64,000 nucleotides of DNA from Prevotella sp. (GCA_017460515.1 JAFUAY010000022.1:14945-78944); one strand, 5' to 3'; counted from the first letter of the stretch, positions 19,493-29,581 are shown. A program made the numbers and translations. The notes: generated by a model from the letters alone, not told the origin.

Positions 19493-19627
19493 AGAATGAT
19501 TTTCTTTTGGTTGCAAAAGTACTAAAATAATTTCACAAAACGATAGATAATCTTTCAAAAGTTTTTTGTTATTCAGCATTATTTCGTAATTTTGCATGCC
19601 AAAAGCGAACAATACAATTAGCGCGAA

Positions 19628-20452
19628 ATGAGAAAGTACCTGATACTCGTCTTTGCGGTGGGACTACTATTGACTGCATGTAAGGAGAGTAAACGAAACA
19701 AACAGGATTCCGTCAATACGGAACAGGCAGACAGTATCAATCAGGAGAACGATACGAAAGCAGCGGAAAATGAACCTATGCCGGCTGCTGCCGATGAACT
19801 GTTTGACGACTTCTTCTTCAATTACGCAACTGAACGCAGACAGCAACAGGAGCGTACTCTCTTCCCCCTACCAATTATTGAGGGTCAAGACACGACCTAT
19901 CTCAAGAAAAGACAATGGAAAATGGAGCCTTTCTTCATGAAAGAAGACGCCTATACCGTTATCTTTGATGCACCACAGCAGGTAGCTCTGCTCAGTGACA
20001 CGTCGGTAACAAACACCATCGTAGAGCGCTTCAACCTGGATGCCTCACGCGTGGAACAGTATTTCTTCAGCAGAGATCAAGGACACTGGATGCTTCATGC
20101 CATCAGGAAACAGCCACTGCACGACAATCCAAATGCACAGTTCCTAAGATTCTATCGTCTGTTTGTTAACGATAGTGCATACCAGCATCACAGTCTGGCA
20201 GAACAGATAGAATTTTCAGGACCTGATCCTGATGATGACTTCTCAACCATCGACGGTATGATCACTCCTGATTTCTGGGAAGCCTTCCGACCCGATCTGC
20301 CCCAGCATATATTATATAATATTGTGTATGGTCATCAGAACCCTGCTGCCATGCAAAAGATTTTCCTCTTAAGAGGCATCGCTAACGGAATGGAGTTAGA
20401 AATGACGTTCCGCTTCCGAGGCAGGTGGCGACTGACCAAAATGAACACTTAA
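19628..20452 (+). CDS. DUF4348-family lipoprotein
   Basis: Lipobox LLLTAC; DELFDDFFFNYA and ANGMELEMTF motifs. Confidence 0.75.
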   Translation: MRKYLILVFAVGLLLTACKESKRNKQDSVNTEQADSINQENDTKAAENEPMPAAADELFDDFFFNYATERRQQQERTLFPLPIIEGQDTTYLKKRQWKMEPFFMKEDAYTVIFDAPQQVALLSDTSVTNTIVERFNLDASRVEQYFFSRDQGHWMLHAIRKQPLHDNPNAQFLRFYRLFVNDSAYQHHSLAEQIEFSGPDPDDDFSTIDGMITPDFWEAFRPDLPQHILYNIVYGHQNPAAMQKIFLLRGIANGMELEMTFRFRGRWRLTKMNT

Positions 20453-20458
20453 GCTTTT

Positions 20459-21466
20459 ATGAAAATTTACGAGAACTATAGTCTGCTGTCACATAACACG
20501 TTTGGTATCGACGCCAAATGCAAACAGTATGTGGAATATGAAAACACGTCAGAAGCACAAGAGGTGGCGCGCCAATTGAGCGAGCCATTCTTGATTATCG
20601 GTGGTGGCAGTAACCTATTGCTGACGCGGGACTACGAAGGTACTGTTGTACATGCTGCAGTAAAAGGAATAGAAGTAATGGAAGACAATGACCAGACGGT
20701 TCTTGTCAGGATTGGCAGTGGAGAAGAGTGGGATCATTGTGTAGACTGTTTCGTCGAGAAAGGATGGTATGGCGCAGAGAACCTTTCACTTATACCCGGT
20801 GACGTGGGAGCTTCAGCTGTTCAGAATATTGGCGCCTATGGAGCAGAGGTCTGCGAACTTATTGAGACGATAGAGGCTGTCAGGATTAGTGACGGGCAGG
20901 CGGTTAAGATAAATGGCAATGAATGCAGTTATGGGTATCGGCAAAGCAAATTCAAAAATGAATGGAAGAATAAATATCTCATTACGCATGTCACATATCG
21001 TCTAAGCCACACGTTCCATCCAAACATTGGCTATGCCGGCATACAGGCAGAACTTCAACAAAGAGGTATTGAGCGCCCCACCCCACAACAACTAAGAGAC
21101 TGTATTATTGGCATACGCAAAGAAAAACTTCCCGACCATCATGTGGAGGGAAATGCAGGCAGCTTCTTTATGAACCCAGTAGTAAGCAGGGCAAAATTTG
21201 ATGAACTGCTGCAGCGATATCCTCAGATACCTCACTATCATATTGATGAACAACATGAGAAAATTCCTGCAGGATGGCTCATAGACCAATGTGGATGGAA
21301 AGGGCGCACAGTAGGACGAGCTGGTGTTCATCATCGTCAGGCGCTCGTACTCGTGAACAGAGGAGGTGCCACAGGACAAGAAATCGTTGACCTGTGTGTA
21401 GATATTCAAAAGGATGTAAAAGAACAGTTCGGAATAGACATTCATCCTGAAGTAAACATCATCTGA
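20459..21466 (+). CDS. murB: UDP-N-acetylenolpyruvoylglucosamine reductase
   Basis: HNTFGI, IIGGGSNLL, ENLSLIPGDVGASAVQNIGAYG, GNAGSFFMNP, QALVLVN, PEVNII. Confidence 0.97.
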   Translation: MKIYENYSLLSHNTFGIDAKCKQYVEYENTSEAQEVARQLSEPFLIIGGGSNLLLTRDYEGTVVHAAVKGIEVMEDNDQTVLVRIGSGEEWDHCVDCFVEKGWYGAENLSLIPGDVGASAVQNIGAYGAEVCELIETIEAVRISDGQAVKINGNECSYGYRQSKFKNEWKNKYLITHVTYRLSHTFHPNIGYAGIQAELQQRGIERPTPQQLRDCIIGIRKEKLPDHHVEGNAGSFFMNPVVSRAKFDELLQRYPQIPHYHIDEQHEKIPAGWLIDQCGWKGRTVGRAGVHHRQALVLVNRGGATGQEIVDLCVDIQKDVKEQFGIDIHPEVNII

Positions 21467-21479
21467 AATAATCCCACTC

Positions 21480-22247
21480 ATGACAATAACCTTTCTTGGC
21501 ACAGGAACCTCATGCGGAGTACCCGTCATTGGGTGTGAGTGCGAAGTATGCAGAAGCACTGACCCAAAAGACAGAAGACTACGCTGTTCCATTTTGGTAG
21601 AGACTGATACCACACGGATTCTGGTGGATATCGGACCAGACTTCAGAGAACAGATTCTGCCACAGCCGTTCCGTCGCATTCATGGCATATTGATTACTCA
21701 TGCACATTATGATCACATAGGAGGCATGGACGATATCAGGCCATACTGTCAGTTTGGAGAAGTAAACGTTTATGCAGACCCTATCGCGCGAGATAGCATG
21801 ATGCAGATGCTCCCCTACTGCTTTGCCGCACATCGCTATCCAGGAGTACCCGCCATTGGACTACATGATATTCATGCAGGAGAACCTTTTCAGATAGGAG
21901 ACGTGGAAATCATGCCATTTCAGGTGATGCATGGAAAACTGTCCATTCTTGGATACCGATTCGGGAAACACTTTGCCTACATTACTGATATGAAGACAAT
22001 CAACGACGACCAGTTGGAGTCACTGAACGGAATAGATACGCTGGTGGTAAACGCACTGCGTTTTGACACCCCCCATCACTCCCATCAGTTGGTTGACGAT
22101 GCTATTGCCTTTGCAAGAAGAATTGGAGCCAAAAGGACACTGCTCACCCACATGTGTCATGACATAGGATTGCATGCAGAAGTCAACAAGGTGCTGCCTA
22201 ATGATATTCAATTGGCATACGACGGACAGATACTTAAAATACAATAA
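21480..22247 (+). CDS. Metallo-beta-lactamase fold hydrolase (PhnP/YycJ-like)
   Basis: FLGTGTSCGVPVIGCECEVC; THAHYDH (HxHxDH) metal motif. Confidence 0.9.
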   Translation: MTITFLGTGTSCGVPVIGCECEVCRSTDPKDRRLRCSILVETDTTRILVDIGPDFREQILPQPFRRIHGILITHAHYDHIGGMDDIRPYCQFGEVNVYADPIARDSMMQMLPYCFAAHRYPGVPAIGLHDIHAGEPFQIGDVEIMPFQVMHGKLSILGYRFGKHFAYITDMKTINDDQLESLNGIDTLVVNALRFDTPHHSHQLVDDAIAFARRIGAKRTLLTHMCHDIGLHAEVNKVLPNDIQLAYDGQILKIQ

Positions 22248-22337
22248 TCTATCACATTTCTGTTAATTCTTGTTAGAATTTATTAGTTTTAAAGCCAGAA
22301 ATATTGCAAATTGAAATATTATGATTACCTTTGCACT

Positions 22338-22402
22338 GTGTTTTTCATAGTATTAGATTTAAGGTTAACAAAGGTTGGAGTACAGCGGTACTCCTTTTTT
22401 TT
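22338..22402 (+). ncRNA. Candidate conserved Bacteroidales small RNA (about 65 nt)
   Basis: TACCTTTG promoter at 22326-22333; body GTGTTTTTCATAGTATTAGATTTAAGGTTAACAAAG; terminator GGAGTAC-AGCG-GTACTCC-T8; the next gene has its own promoter (TTTG 22413-22416, TATATTTG 22436-22443). Confidence 0.7.
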
Positions 22403-22468
22403 TGCAAAAAAATTTGGATGTATTGTTTTTTTTCGTATATTTGTAGCGCAAAACCTAAAACAAACAGC

Positions 22469-23293
22469 ATGACATACATTCTATTAATACTTATTATCAT
22501 TGCCGTTGGCGTCGCTATTGAGCTGTATTTCAAGGCAAAGACTGCAAAAGAGGACAATCGCAAACTCAGGGCTATGATTGATTCTCAGGAAGATTATTAC
22601 TTTCTTGTAGACAAGACATTCGAAGTCAAGGAAACGAATTATTGTGCCAACTCTCAACCTAAAAGTGAAGAGCCACTGATTCTTGGTAATGTCTTGCACT
22701 GTAAAAATGCCGTCGAATCGGGACGATGCGGACATGCGGGAGCATGCAAGAGCTGTCCCATCAGGTTTGTCATCAACAAATCATTTGAGCGTGCTGACGA
22801 CTTCTCAGACCTGGAAGCCTGCATGGAGGTCTATGACGGAACGAACAAACTGGTGGACATGGACGTGATGCTCGACGGCCACTATATCACCTTGAAAGAT
22901 GAAGGGTACCTTGTGGTCAACGTGAAAAACACCACTAATGAGAAAAATGACAATAAGCGTCCGAAAGTACTGTTTATTACTGCTAATGTCGAATTATTTG
23001 AAAAAGTCAGAGAGACGCTGACCCCCATCTATCGTGTATTGAATGCCGACAACCTGCACCAGGCGCGCCAACGCCTGCTCTTAGCGTCGACATACCAATT
23101 CCATGCCATCATGACAGACGAAGAGTTCTATAAAGAGAACCAAGACATTCTACAATTATTGGTAAAGAACGACAACCTTTCGCTGTACGTCTTTACCAAT
23201 AACGACATGGATACCAGAATAGATCAAGTCACTTGCTTGAACAAGGATTTCGATAAAAAAGAACTGCTACAGATACTTTCACTAAAATCCTAA
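22469..23293 (+). CDS. Membrane-anchored hypothetical protein with PAS-like and degenerate receiver-like domains
   Basis: N-terminal TM; Cys-rich GNVLHCKNAVESGRCGHAGACKSCPIR segment typical of Bacteroidales PAS sensors; C-terminal KVLFI...FHAIMTD receiver-like; start moved to 22469. Confidence 0.55.
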   Translation: MTYILLILIIIAVGVAIELYFKAKTAKEDNRKLRAMIDSQEDYYFLVDKTFEVKETNYCANSQPKSEEPLILGNVLHCKNAVESGRCGHAGACKSCPIRFVINKSFERADDFSDLEACMEVYDGTNKLVDMDVMLDGHYITLKDEGYLVVNVKNTTNEKNDNKRPKVLFITANVELFEKVRETLTPIYRVLNADNLHQARQRLLLASTYQFHAIMTDEEFYKENQDILQLLVKNDNLSLYVFTNNDMDTRIDQVTCLNKDFDKKELLQILSLKS

Positions 23294-23344
23294 CAGGCAG
23301 ATGCGTTGACAAAAAGCCTTACGCGCAAATGCTTTCATAAAGGA

Positions 23345-23623
23345 CTAACGATGCTTGCTCTTCTTTGATTTCCTCTTTCCGAAAAAGTCAAAGACACCAC
23401 TATAGCTGCGCATCAACTTGCGTACCAACAAGAACGCATCAATGGCAGTAATGCTATTGGCTATCAATGAGCCAATGTACTCGCCCTTAGTCGATTCGTC
23501 TGGCTTGCGAAACACTTCGTGCCACATATCAGCAATCAAATCACCCTGTTGCTCAATATCTTCACTCAACTGATCTCGGCGCTTTTGAATTTCCTCAAGG
23601 GTATTATAAGTCTCTGTCTGCAT
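23345..23623 (-). CDS. Hypothetical protein (third gene of the YtxH operon)
   Basis: 92-aa ORF tightly linked to the holin-like gene. Confidence 0.7.
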   Translation of the reverse strand: MQTETYNTLEEIQKRRDQLSEDIEQQGDLIADMWHEVFRKPDESTKGEYIGSLIANSITAIDAFLLVRKLMRSYSGVFDFFGKRKSKKSKHR

Positions 23624-23630
23624 AGCGGTA

Positions 23631-23978
23631 TTAACTCATTAACAAGTCTGCAAGGAATCGTACGAGCGGGCGCTCAATCCACGACTTGCGGAAAAGGTAG
23701 AACACAATGATTAGCAGCAGGTGAGCCCCCATCACTGAGAAGAAAGCAGCTGCAGTTCCAATGTAGTTGGCAAGCCAGAAGCCCACAGACAACCAGAAGA
23801 ACAGCAACACAGCCACCAGAATGATGACAAAGACAATAGCTACGGCTACTGCTGTAAGTAGACGCACCACCTTATCGATTACCGTGAGCTTGAGATATTC
23901 AGTATGCAGCCCCCAGTAATTTTTCAGCACCTCTATAAGCTGTGCTATTGTCTCGACATTCTTATCGCTCGACAACAT
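23631..23978 (-). CDS. Phage-holin-family (YqjE-like) membrane protein
   Basis: EYLKLTVIDK followed by two hydrophobic helices; usual partner of YtxH. Confidence 0.7.
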   Translation of the reverse strand: MLSSDKNVETIAQLIEVLKNYWGLHTEYLKLTVIDKVVRLLTAVAVAIVFVIILVAVLLFFWLSVGFWLANYIGTAAAFFSVMGAHLLLIIVFYLFRKSWIERPLVRFLADLLMS

Positions 23979-23984
23979 GAGACT

Positions 23985-24194
23985 TTACTCTTCAGTGACA
24001 TCCTGGATATCATCGACAAGGTCGCCGACTTCCTTCTTGTTCAGCTTGATATTATGCTTCTTGAGGAAATCCTCAATTGTATCTGTGATCTTCTCACGGG
24101 TGTCACTGCCCTTTTCAGGAGCCAACAAAATACCTAATGCTGCACCGGCGAGTGCTCCGCCAAGGAATGCGCCAATATAACCTAAACTCTTCAT
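23985..24194 (-). CDS. YtxH domain protein
   Basis: FLGGALAGAALGILLAPEKGSDTREKI signature. Confidence 0.9.
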   Translation of the reverse strand: MKSLGYIGAFLGGALAGAALGILLAPEKGSDTREKITDTIEDFLKKHNIKLNKKEVGDLVDDIQDVTEE

Positions 24195-24437
24195 AGCTGA
24201 TAAATTGGTTTAAAATAAGACATATTCATATTTTCGATAGCAAATGTACTATTTATTCTTGGAATAAGCTAAAAACCGTTGCAATTTTTTGTTAAAATGG
24301 CTGTAATTTGTCAACTTAACAAAGTTTATGCGCCCTTTTTGCCCGTATCTCATTGATATTTTGTAATTTCGCGAACAAATTATTAGGATTATACCGATAT
24401 TATTAATCATTGAAATAAAAAAATAACAGAAAGTAGT

Positions 24438-24953
24438 ATGAAGAAGTACACAGTGTTATGCATGGGTCTATGTCTGGCAATGGCCCTCACGGGATGTAAG
24501 TCAAAAGAAAGTGCCTACAAACAGGCATACAAAAAGGCAAAGGCTGCCGAATCAGCACAGGCTGCTCAGCCCGTTATCGAAGAGACACCTGCCGTAGTAG
24601 AAACAGAGACACCAGTCGTGACTCCAGTACAGACACGTCCTGTCACTGAGACAAAAGTTATGGATAACGTTGACAACGTGGCAGTTCGCGAAGAGCGTGT
24701 AACAATGGTAAACGGAACAGGACTTCGCAATTTCAGCGTCGTAGTAGGTTCATTCTCTATCATTGCCAATGCTGAAGGATTGCAGCAGAAATTGAAAAAT
24801 GCAGGATATTCTGCACAGGTTGTCAAGAACGAGGAACGCAACATGTACCGCGTCATTGCTTCCAGCTTCGATGACAAGGCTTCTGCCGTTCAAAGTCGTG
24901 ATCAGTTACGTAGCAGCTATCCTGAGGCTTGGCTGCTCTATCAGTCAAAATAA
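24438..24953 (+). CDS. SPOR-domain lipoprotein (peptidoglycan binding, cell division)
   Basis: Lipobox ALTGC; FSVVVGSF...NAEGL...MYRVIASSF...AWLL SPOR pattern. Confidence 0.88.
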   Translation: MKKYTVLCMGLCLAMALTGCKSKESAYKQAYKKAKAAESAQAAQPVIEETPAVVETETPVVTPVQTRPVTETKVMDNVDNVAVREERVTMVNGTGLRNFSVVVGSFSIIANAEGLQQKLKNAGYSAQVVKNEERNMYRVIASSFDDKASAVQSRDQLRSSYPEAWLLYQSK

Positions 24954-24962
24954 CTACTGCAC

Positions 24963-25388
24963 TTGGCCCGCATTCTATCTATCGACTACGGCCGCAAGCG
25001 CACAGGACTGGCAGTCACCGATCCGCTACAGCTTATTGCAAGCGGATTGGCGACTGTCTCTACTTCTGAGCTCTTCGATTGGCTAAAAGACTATGTTGAA
25101 CGGGAGGCTGTTGAACTCATCGTGATTGGGGAACCAAGACAGCCAAATGGTCAACCTAGTGAGAACCTGACACGTGTTCAACAATTCGTAGCACGCTGGC
25201 AGAAAAGCATGCCAACTGTTCCTATTGAGTATTACGACGAGCGGTTTACCTCGGTTTTGGCCCATCGTGCAATGATTGACGGAGGACTGAAGAAGAAAAA
25301 CCGTCAAGACAAGGCACTTGTCGATGAAATATCAGCAACAATTATCTTAGAAGATTTCATGCGCTCACGCCATTATTCTTCAAGATAG
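24963..25388 (+). CDS. ruvX: YqgF/RuvX-family RNase H-fold nuclease
   Basis: ILSIDYGRKRTGLAVTD, DERFTS, VDEISATIILEDF; TTG start. Confidence 0.93.
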   Translation: MARILSIDYGRKRTGLAVTDPLQLIASGLATVSTSELFDWLKDYVEREAVELIVIGEPRQPNGQPSENLTRVQQFVARWQKSMPTVPIEYYDERFTSVLAHRAMIDGGLKKKNRQDKALVDEISATIILEDFMRSRHYSSR

Positions 25389-25406
25389 AACAAAAGTCTT
25401 GCAATA

Positions 25407-25967
25407 ATGATTTTACCTATTTATATATACGGACAGCCCGTACTGAGAAAGGTTGCCGAAGACATCACCCCTGATTATCCGGAATTGAAGCAATTCATCT
25501 CAGACATGTATGAAACGCTGGCAGCATCAGAGGGTATCGGATTGGCAGCTCCGCAAGTGGGGCGTGCTGATCGTATTGTGATTATCGATTTGGATGTGCT
25601 TAGCGATGACCTACCCGAATACAAGGGATTCCGTCAGGCTTTCATCAACCCCCATATCATTGAGTATGATGATTCTAAAACAGACTCCTCCGAAGAGGGT
25701 TGCCTGTCACTACCCGCTATTCACGAGAAAGTGACGCGTCCAACCCGTATCCATGTTAAGTGGATGGACGAGGAGTTCCAGCCTCACGATGAATGGATAG
25801 ATGGCTATTTGGCTCGCGTCATGCAGCATGAGTTCGACCATCTTGACGGAAAGATGTTTATTGACCGCGTTTCGTCACTGCGTCGTCAGCTGATCAGCAG
25901 CAAGCTGAAAGCATTAACACAAGGACGTTACCGTTGCGGCTATAAGACAAAGCCGGTAAGGAAGTAA
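25407..25967 (+). CDS. def: Peptide deformylase
   Basis: GIGLAAPQVG, EEGCLSLP, QHEFDHLDG. Confidence 0.97.
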   Translation: MILPIYIYGQPVLRKVAEDITPDYPELKQFISDMYETLAASEGIGLAAPQVGRADRIVIIDLDVLSDDLPEYKGFRQAFINPHIIEYDDSKTDSSEEGCLSLPAIHEKVTRPTRIHVKWMDEEFQPHDEWIDGYLARVMQHEFDHLDGKMFIDRVSSLRRQLISSKLKALTQGRYRCGYKTKPVRK

Positions 25968-26017
25968 AGAGCACCCACACCCTGTATAATGGGAAATATG
26001 TAGAACACCTACATAGG

Positions 26018-28036
26018 ATGATGAGAGTTAAGAGATTTTCAGACCATTTATTTTCTCTGCTGTATACTCCCCTCCAAACAGGGAGGGGTTGGGGATGGGG
26101 CTTTCTCTTTTTATTTCCTTCACTCCTACACGCCCAATATAATACTGACAAACTGTTGACCATTGGTCGTTCAGCCCTGTATTATGAGGATTATGTCCTC
26201 TCTATGCAGTACTTCAACCAGGCAATCTCCGCTAAGCCCTATCTCTACGAGCCTTGGTTCTTCCGCGGCATTGCCAAGTACAACTTAGACGATTTTGCAG
26301 GGGCTGAAGCTGACTGCAACGAGGCTATCCAGCGCAATCCCTATGTGGTAAATATCTACGAACTGCGCGGCATTGCCCGCATCCAGCAGAAAAAATACGC
26401 TGACGCTGTTTCTGATTACACCAAAGCTCTGAAATACGATCCTGAAAACCGCAGTCTCTGGCATAATCGGGTGCTTTGTCATATCAAGAGCGAAGAGTTT
26501 GATCAGGCACTCCAGGAAATCGATTCTATCTTGAGCCGATGGAGCCGCTACGCACCAGCCTATATGATGCAAGCCGATATCAACATGCAACGGAAGGACA
26601 CTGCTGCTGCCATCATATCGATAGAAAAGAGTCTGGACATAGACCCGTATGACGGACAGGCATGGTCAGCACGTAGCATCATCAGTTTGTCGCGTGAAGA
26701 ATGGAAAGAGTCGGAAGAGTATCTTGACAAAGCCATCCATCTAATGCCCAAACACGCTGGTTGCCTTATCAATCGCGCCCTTGCAAGATATAATCAGAGT
26801 AACCTGCGTGGGGCGATGAACGACTATGACACCGCACTTGATTTAGAACCCAACAACTTTCTTGGACACTATAATCGCGGATTGCTTCGAGCTCAAGTGG
26901 GTGATGACAACCGTGCCATCACTGATTTTGATTTTGTTCTACGACTGGAGCCCGACAACATGATGGCACTTTTCAACCGCGCTGTGCTACTTGACAAAAC
27001 AGGCGATCTGAAAGGAGCCATTCGCGACTACTCAAAGGTTATCGATGAGTATCCCAACTTCTGGACAGGACTGGAGTTCCGTGCCAGTTGTTATCGCCGT
27101 TTAGGTATGAACAAACAGGCAGAACATGACGAGTTTACAGTATATAAGGCAAAACTGGAAAAGCACCTGTATGGTAAGCAGCCTAAACTGAACAAACGAC
27201 AGATGCGCAAACGGAGTGACGATGAAGATCCTGAGAAATACAACCAACTGGTTGTGGAAGACGAACGCGAACTGGAGCACGAATACAAGAACGAGTATCG
27301 CGGACGCGTGCAGAACAGGAAGGTAGAAGTAGAACTACTACCCATGTTCGGGCTCTCCTTCAATCCCATGCAGAGTGATGTACGCTCAAATGTCTATTTC
27401 GACCATCATATTGATGAGATGAACCACCGACTACGCGCGCGTACAATATTTATAAATAATAAGCACGATGCTTTCAGCGAACAAGAATCAAGGTCGTATT
27501 TCGCCTATCTTGATTCAATCACCAACAGTATCAACCGTACTCAAAACACGCGCCATGCCGTTGACATGCTGATACTTCGTGCTATTGCCTTCTCTGCTAT
27601 CCGTAATTTCGAGAGTGCCATCGAAGACCTCTCCACCTATTTACAGGAAGATTCAATATGCGTTCCTGCCCTATGGCAGCGAGCCTATTGCCAATCACGA
27701 ATCAATCAGTTCCAGGCCTCAGAGGGAACCAATATCGAGTTGAAGAATGCAAATGTGTTGGCCGACCTCAACCATGCCATCACACTTGATGCTCAGAATG
27801 CATACCTTTACTACAATCGTGGCTGCCTACACGCTATTCGACAAGACTATCGTCTGGCCATAGAGGATTTCACCCGTGCCATCAATATTGATTCCAACTT
27901 GGCAGAAGCCTATTATAATCGCGGCATCTGCGCCGTCTATCAGAAACAGAATGAGGCTGGCATTGCCGATTTGAGCAAGGCTGGTGAACTGGGACTCTAC
28001 ACTGCTTATAGCATCATCAAGAAATATAGGAAATAA
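26018..28036 (+). CDS. Secreted multi-TPR protein
   Basis: Many TPR repeats (e.g. NRALARYNQSNLRGAMNDYDTAL, YNRGLLRAQVGDDNRAITDFD); signal peptide ending LHAQ. Confidence 0.9.
   Translation: MMRVKRFSDHLFSLLYTPLQTGRGWGWGFLFLFPSLLHAQYNTDKLLTIGRSALYYEDYVLSMQYFNQAISAKPYLYEPWFFRGIAKYNLDDFAGAEADCNEAIQRNPYVVNIYELRGIARIQQKKYADAVSDYTKALKYDPENRSLWHNRVLCHIKSEEFDQALQEIDSILSRWSRYAPAYMMQADINMQRKDTAAAIISIEKSLDIDPYDGQAWSARSIISLSREEWKESEEYLDKAIHLMPKHAGCLINRALARYNQSNLRGAMNDYDTALDLEPNNFLGHYNRGLLRAQVGDDNRAITDFDFVLRLEPDNMMALFNRAVLLDKTGDLKGAIRDYSKVIDEYPNFWTGLEFRASCYRRLGMNKQAEHDEFTVYKAKLEKHLYGKQPKLNKRQMRKRSDDEDPEKYNQLVVEDERELEHEYKNEYRGRVQNRKVEVELLPMFGLSFNPMQSDVRSNVYFDHHIDEMNHRLRARTIFINNKHDAFSEQESRSYFAYLDSITNSINRTQNTRHAVDMLILRAIAFSAIRNFESAIEDLSTYLQEDSICVPALWQRAYCQSRINQFQASEGTNIELKNANVLADLNHAITLDAQNAYLYYNRGCLHAIRQDYRLAIEDFTRAINIDSNLAEAYYNRGICAVYQKQNEAGIADLSKAGELGLYTAYSIIKKYRK
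26066..26102 (+). repeat. Palindromic interspersed repeat inserted in frame in the TPR signal peptide
   Basis: ACTCCCCTCC-AAACAG-GGAGGGGTTGGGGATGGGGCT; stem CCCCTCC/GGAGGGG; encodes TPLQTGRGWGWG. Confidence 0.7.
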
Positions 28037-28054
28037 TCAAACAAAAGATAATAT

Positions 28055-29200
28055 ATGGAAAAGGAAGCTCTGCTTTGGAACAGAATCATGGCTATCGTAC
28101 TGAAAATGCCAGGAGTAAAAGTGGATCGAGTTGCCTTCTTACGCAAGGCACTGAAAGACCATTGTAACGACCAGCGCCTCGACATGCTTGAGAACGTACG
28201 TCCTTACACAATCACCACTGACAAGATTATTGACCAAGTAGCCACATCGTGCATCAACTACCACACCGCTTTGGCCACAACAGGTTCAACCATTGCAGGA
28301 CTGCCCGGAGGACTGGCTATGGCTGCTACCATCCCTGGCGACATCACTCAATACTTCTTCCACGTAGTTGTACTCTCACAGAAACTGGCCTACCTATACG
28401 GATTCCCCGACTTCTGCAACGAAGAGGGCGAACTGAATGAGAACGCCTCTGATTTGCTCACCATATTCATGGGAGCAATGATGGGTGCCAAAGTTGCTGA
28501 TCAAGGTATTAATGAGTTGGCCAAAGGAATGGCACAGTCAGCATTAGGCAGACTACCCCGTCTGGCCATCACCAAGTCTGCCATCTACCCGATTGCCACA
28601 CAGATAGCTCGAATCGTTGGTATGAAACTCTCGCGGGAAGGCTTTGCCAGAACCATTGGAAGAGTTCTACCCATTGCAGGTGGCATCTTCTCTGGTACAC
28701 TGACACTCTTCACTTTCCGACCAGGAGCCAAAAGACTTCAGAAACGACTGAAAGCGCAGAAAATGAACTTTAACAATGGTGATATCGAAGCACTTGAGTA
28801 TGCCAACATCCGTTCATCGTTTGCCAAAGCCGAACAGTCACAGGACAACCCGCAGTCGAAACACCTTGCAATCGTTCAAGCAATGATTAACATGGCAAAT
28901 ATTTCTGACGATATGACAGCTGACGTGCAAGATCTTATCGAAGACCGTATTGCCGAATTAGAACTGCCAAACTCAGAACAGATCAGCCTACTCGAGACCC
29001 TTGGCACTGAGTGCAGTTTTGATGTAGATTATGAACTATTGGCTTGCGATCCCGATTATGCCCGCGAAGCCATCAGAGGTATGATTGCCGTCATGCATGC
29101 TGCCGGACGAAAAAGTATGGCAGAAAAGATGTATCTCAACATGGCAGCAAAGGCTGTTGGCATACAGAAAGAAGAGCTTGACGAACTATTGAAAGAATAA
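28055..29200 (+). CDS. EcsC-like protein with C-terminal TerB-like helical domain
   Basis: PGVKVDRVAFL, AGLPGGLAMAATIPGD, QKLAYLYG; C-terminal AMINMANI...EKMYLNMAAKAVGI is TerB-like. Confidence 0.6.
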   Translation: MEKEALLWNRIMAIVLKMPGVKVDRVAFLRKALKDHCNDQRLDMLENVRPYTITTDKIIDQVATSCINYHTALATTGSTIAGLPGGLAMAATIPGDITQYFFHVVVLSQKLAYLYGFPDFCNEEGELNENASDLLTIFMGAMMGAKVADQGINELAKGMAQSALGRLPRLAITKSAIYPIATQIARIVGMKLSREGFARTIGRVLPIAGGIFSGTLTLFTFRPGAKRLQKRLKAQKMNFNNGDIEALEYANIRSSFAKAEQSQDNPQSKHLAIVQAMINMANISDDMTADVQDLIEDRIAELELPNSEQISLLETLGTECSFDVDYELLACDPDYAREAIRGMIAVMHAAGRKSMAEKMYLNMAAKAVGIQKEELDELLKE

Positions 29201-29205
29201 AAAAA

Positions 29206-29238
29206 TGTCATTTTGTCAGTTTTCATGCGTTTGGCACA
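29206..29238 (+). promoter_or_regulatory. Putative heat-shock promoter/operator motif upstream of groES
   Basis: TGTCATTTTGTCAG...TTGGCACA; no perfect TAnnTTTG seen in this spacer. Confidence 0.45.
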
Positions 29239-29308
29239 TTTTTGGCTAAGACGATGTTGAAAGAAAAAACAAAAAAGAACAAAACGACAAACAAAAACAA
29301 TTGCAATT

Positions 29309-29581
29309 ATGACAATCAAACCATTAGCTGACCGCGTGCTCGTAGTTCCTGCACCGGCTGAAGAGAAAATCGGTGGAATCATTATTCCTGACACAGCAAA
29401 AGAGAAACCCCTTCGCGGTATTATCAAAGCCGTAGGCAAGGGCACCAAAGACGAAGAAATGCTTCTGAAGGAAGGCGACGAGGTGCTTTACGGCAAATAT
29501 AGTGGCACAGAGATAGAACTCGAAGGTGAGAAATTCTTGATGATGCGCCAAAGCGATGTGCTCGCAATTATTGAGAAGTAA
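29309..29581 (+). CDS. groES: Co-chaperonin GroES
   Basis: [32 protein letters not shown]. Confidence 0.98.
   Translation: MTIKPLADRVLVVPAPAEEKIGGIIIPDTAKEKPLRGIIKAVGKGTKDEEMLLKEGDEVLYGKYSGTEIELEGEKFLMMRQSDVLAIIEK

Noticed and set aside
22331-22468. N-terminal extension of the 320-aa ORF, and similar extensions of the asnA, alaS, vWA, AAA-CYTH and SEL1 ORFs
   Set aside because: The extensions run through promoters, terminators or the sRNA candidate; downstream ATGs with A-rich leaders are the more plausible starts
23631-23978. Holin as evidence of a prophage
   Set aside because: YtxH + holin-like + hypothetical is a common chromosomal operon; no phage structural, lysin or integrase genes nearby
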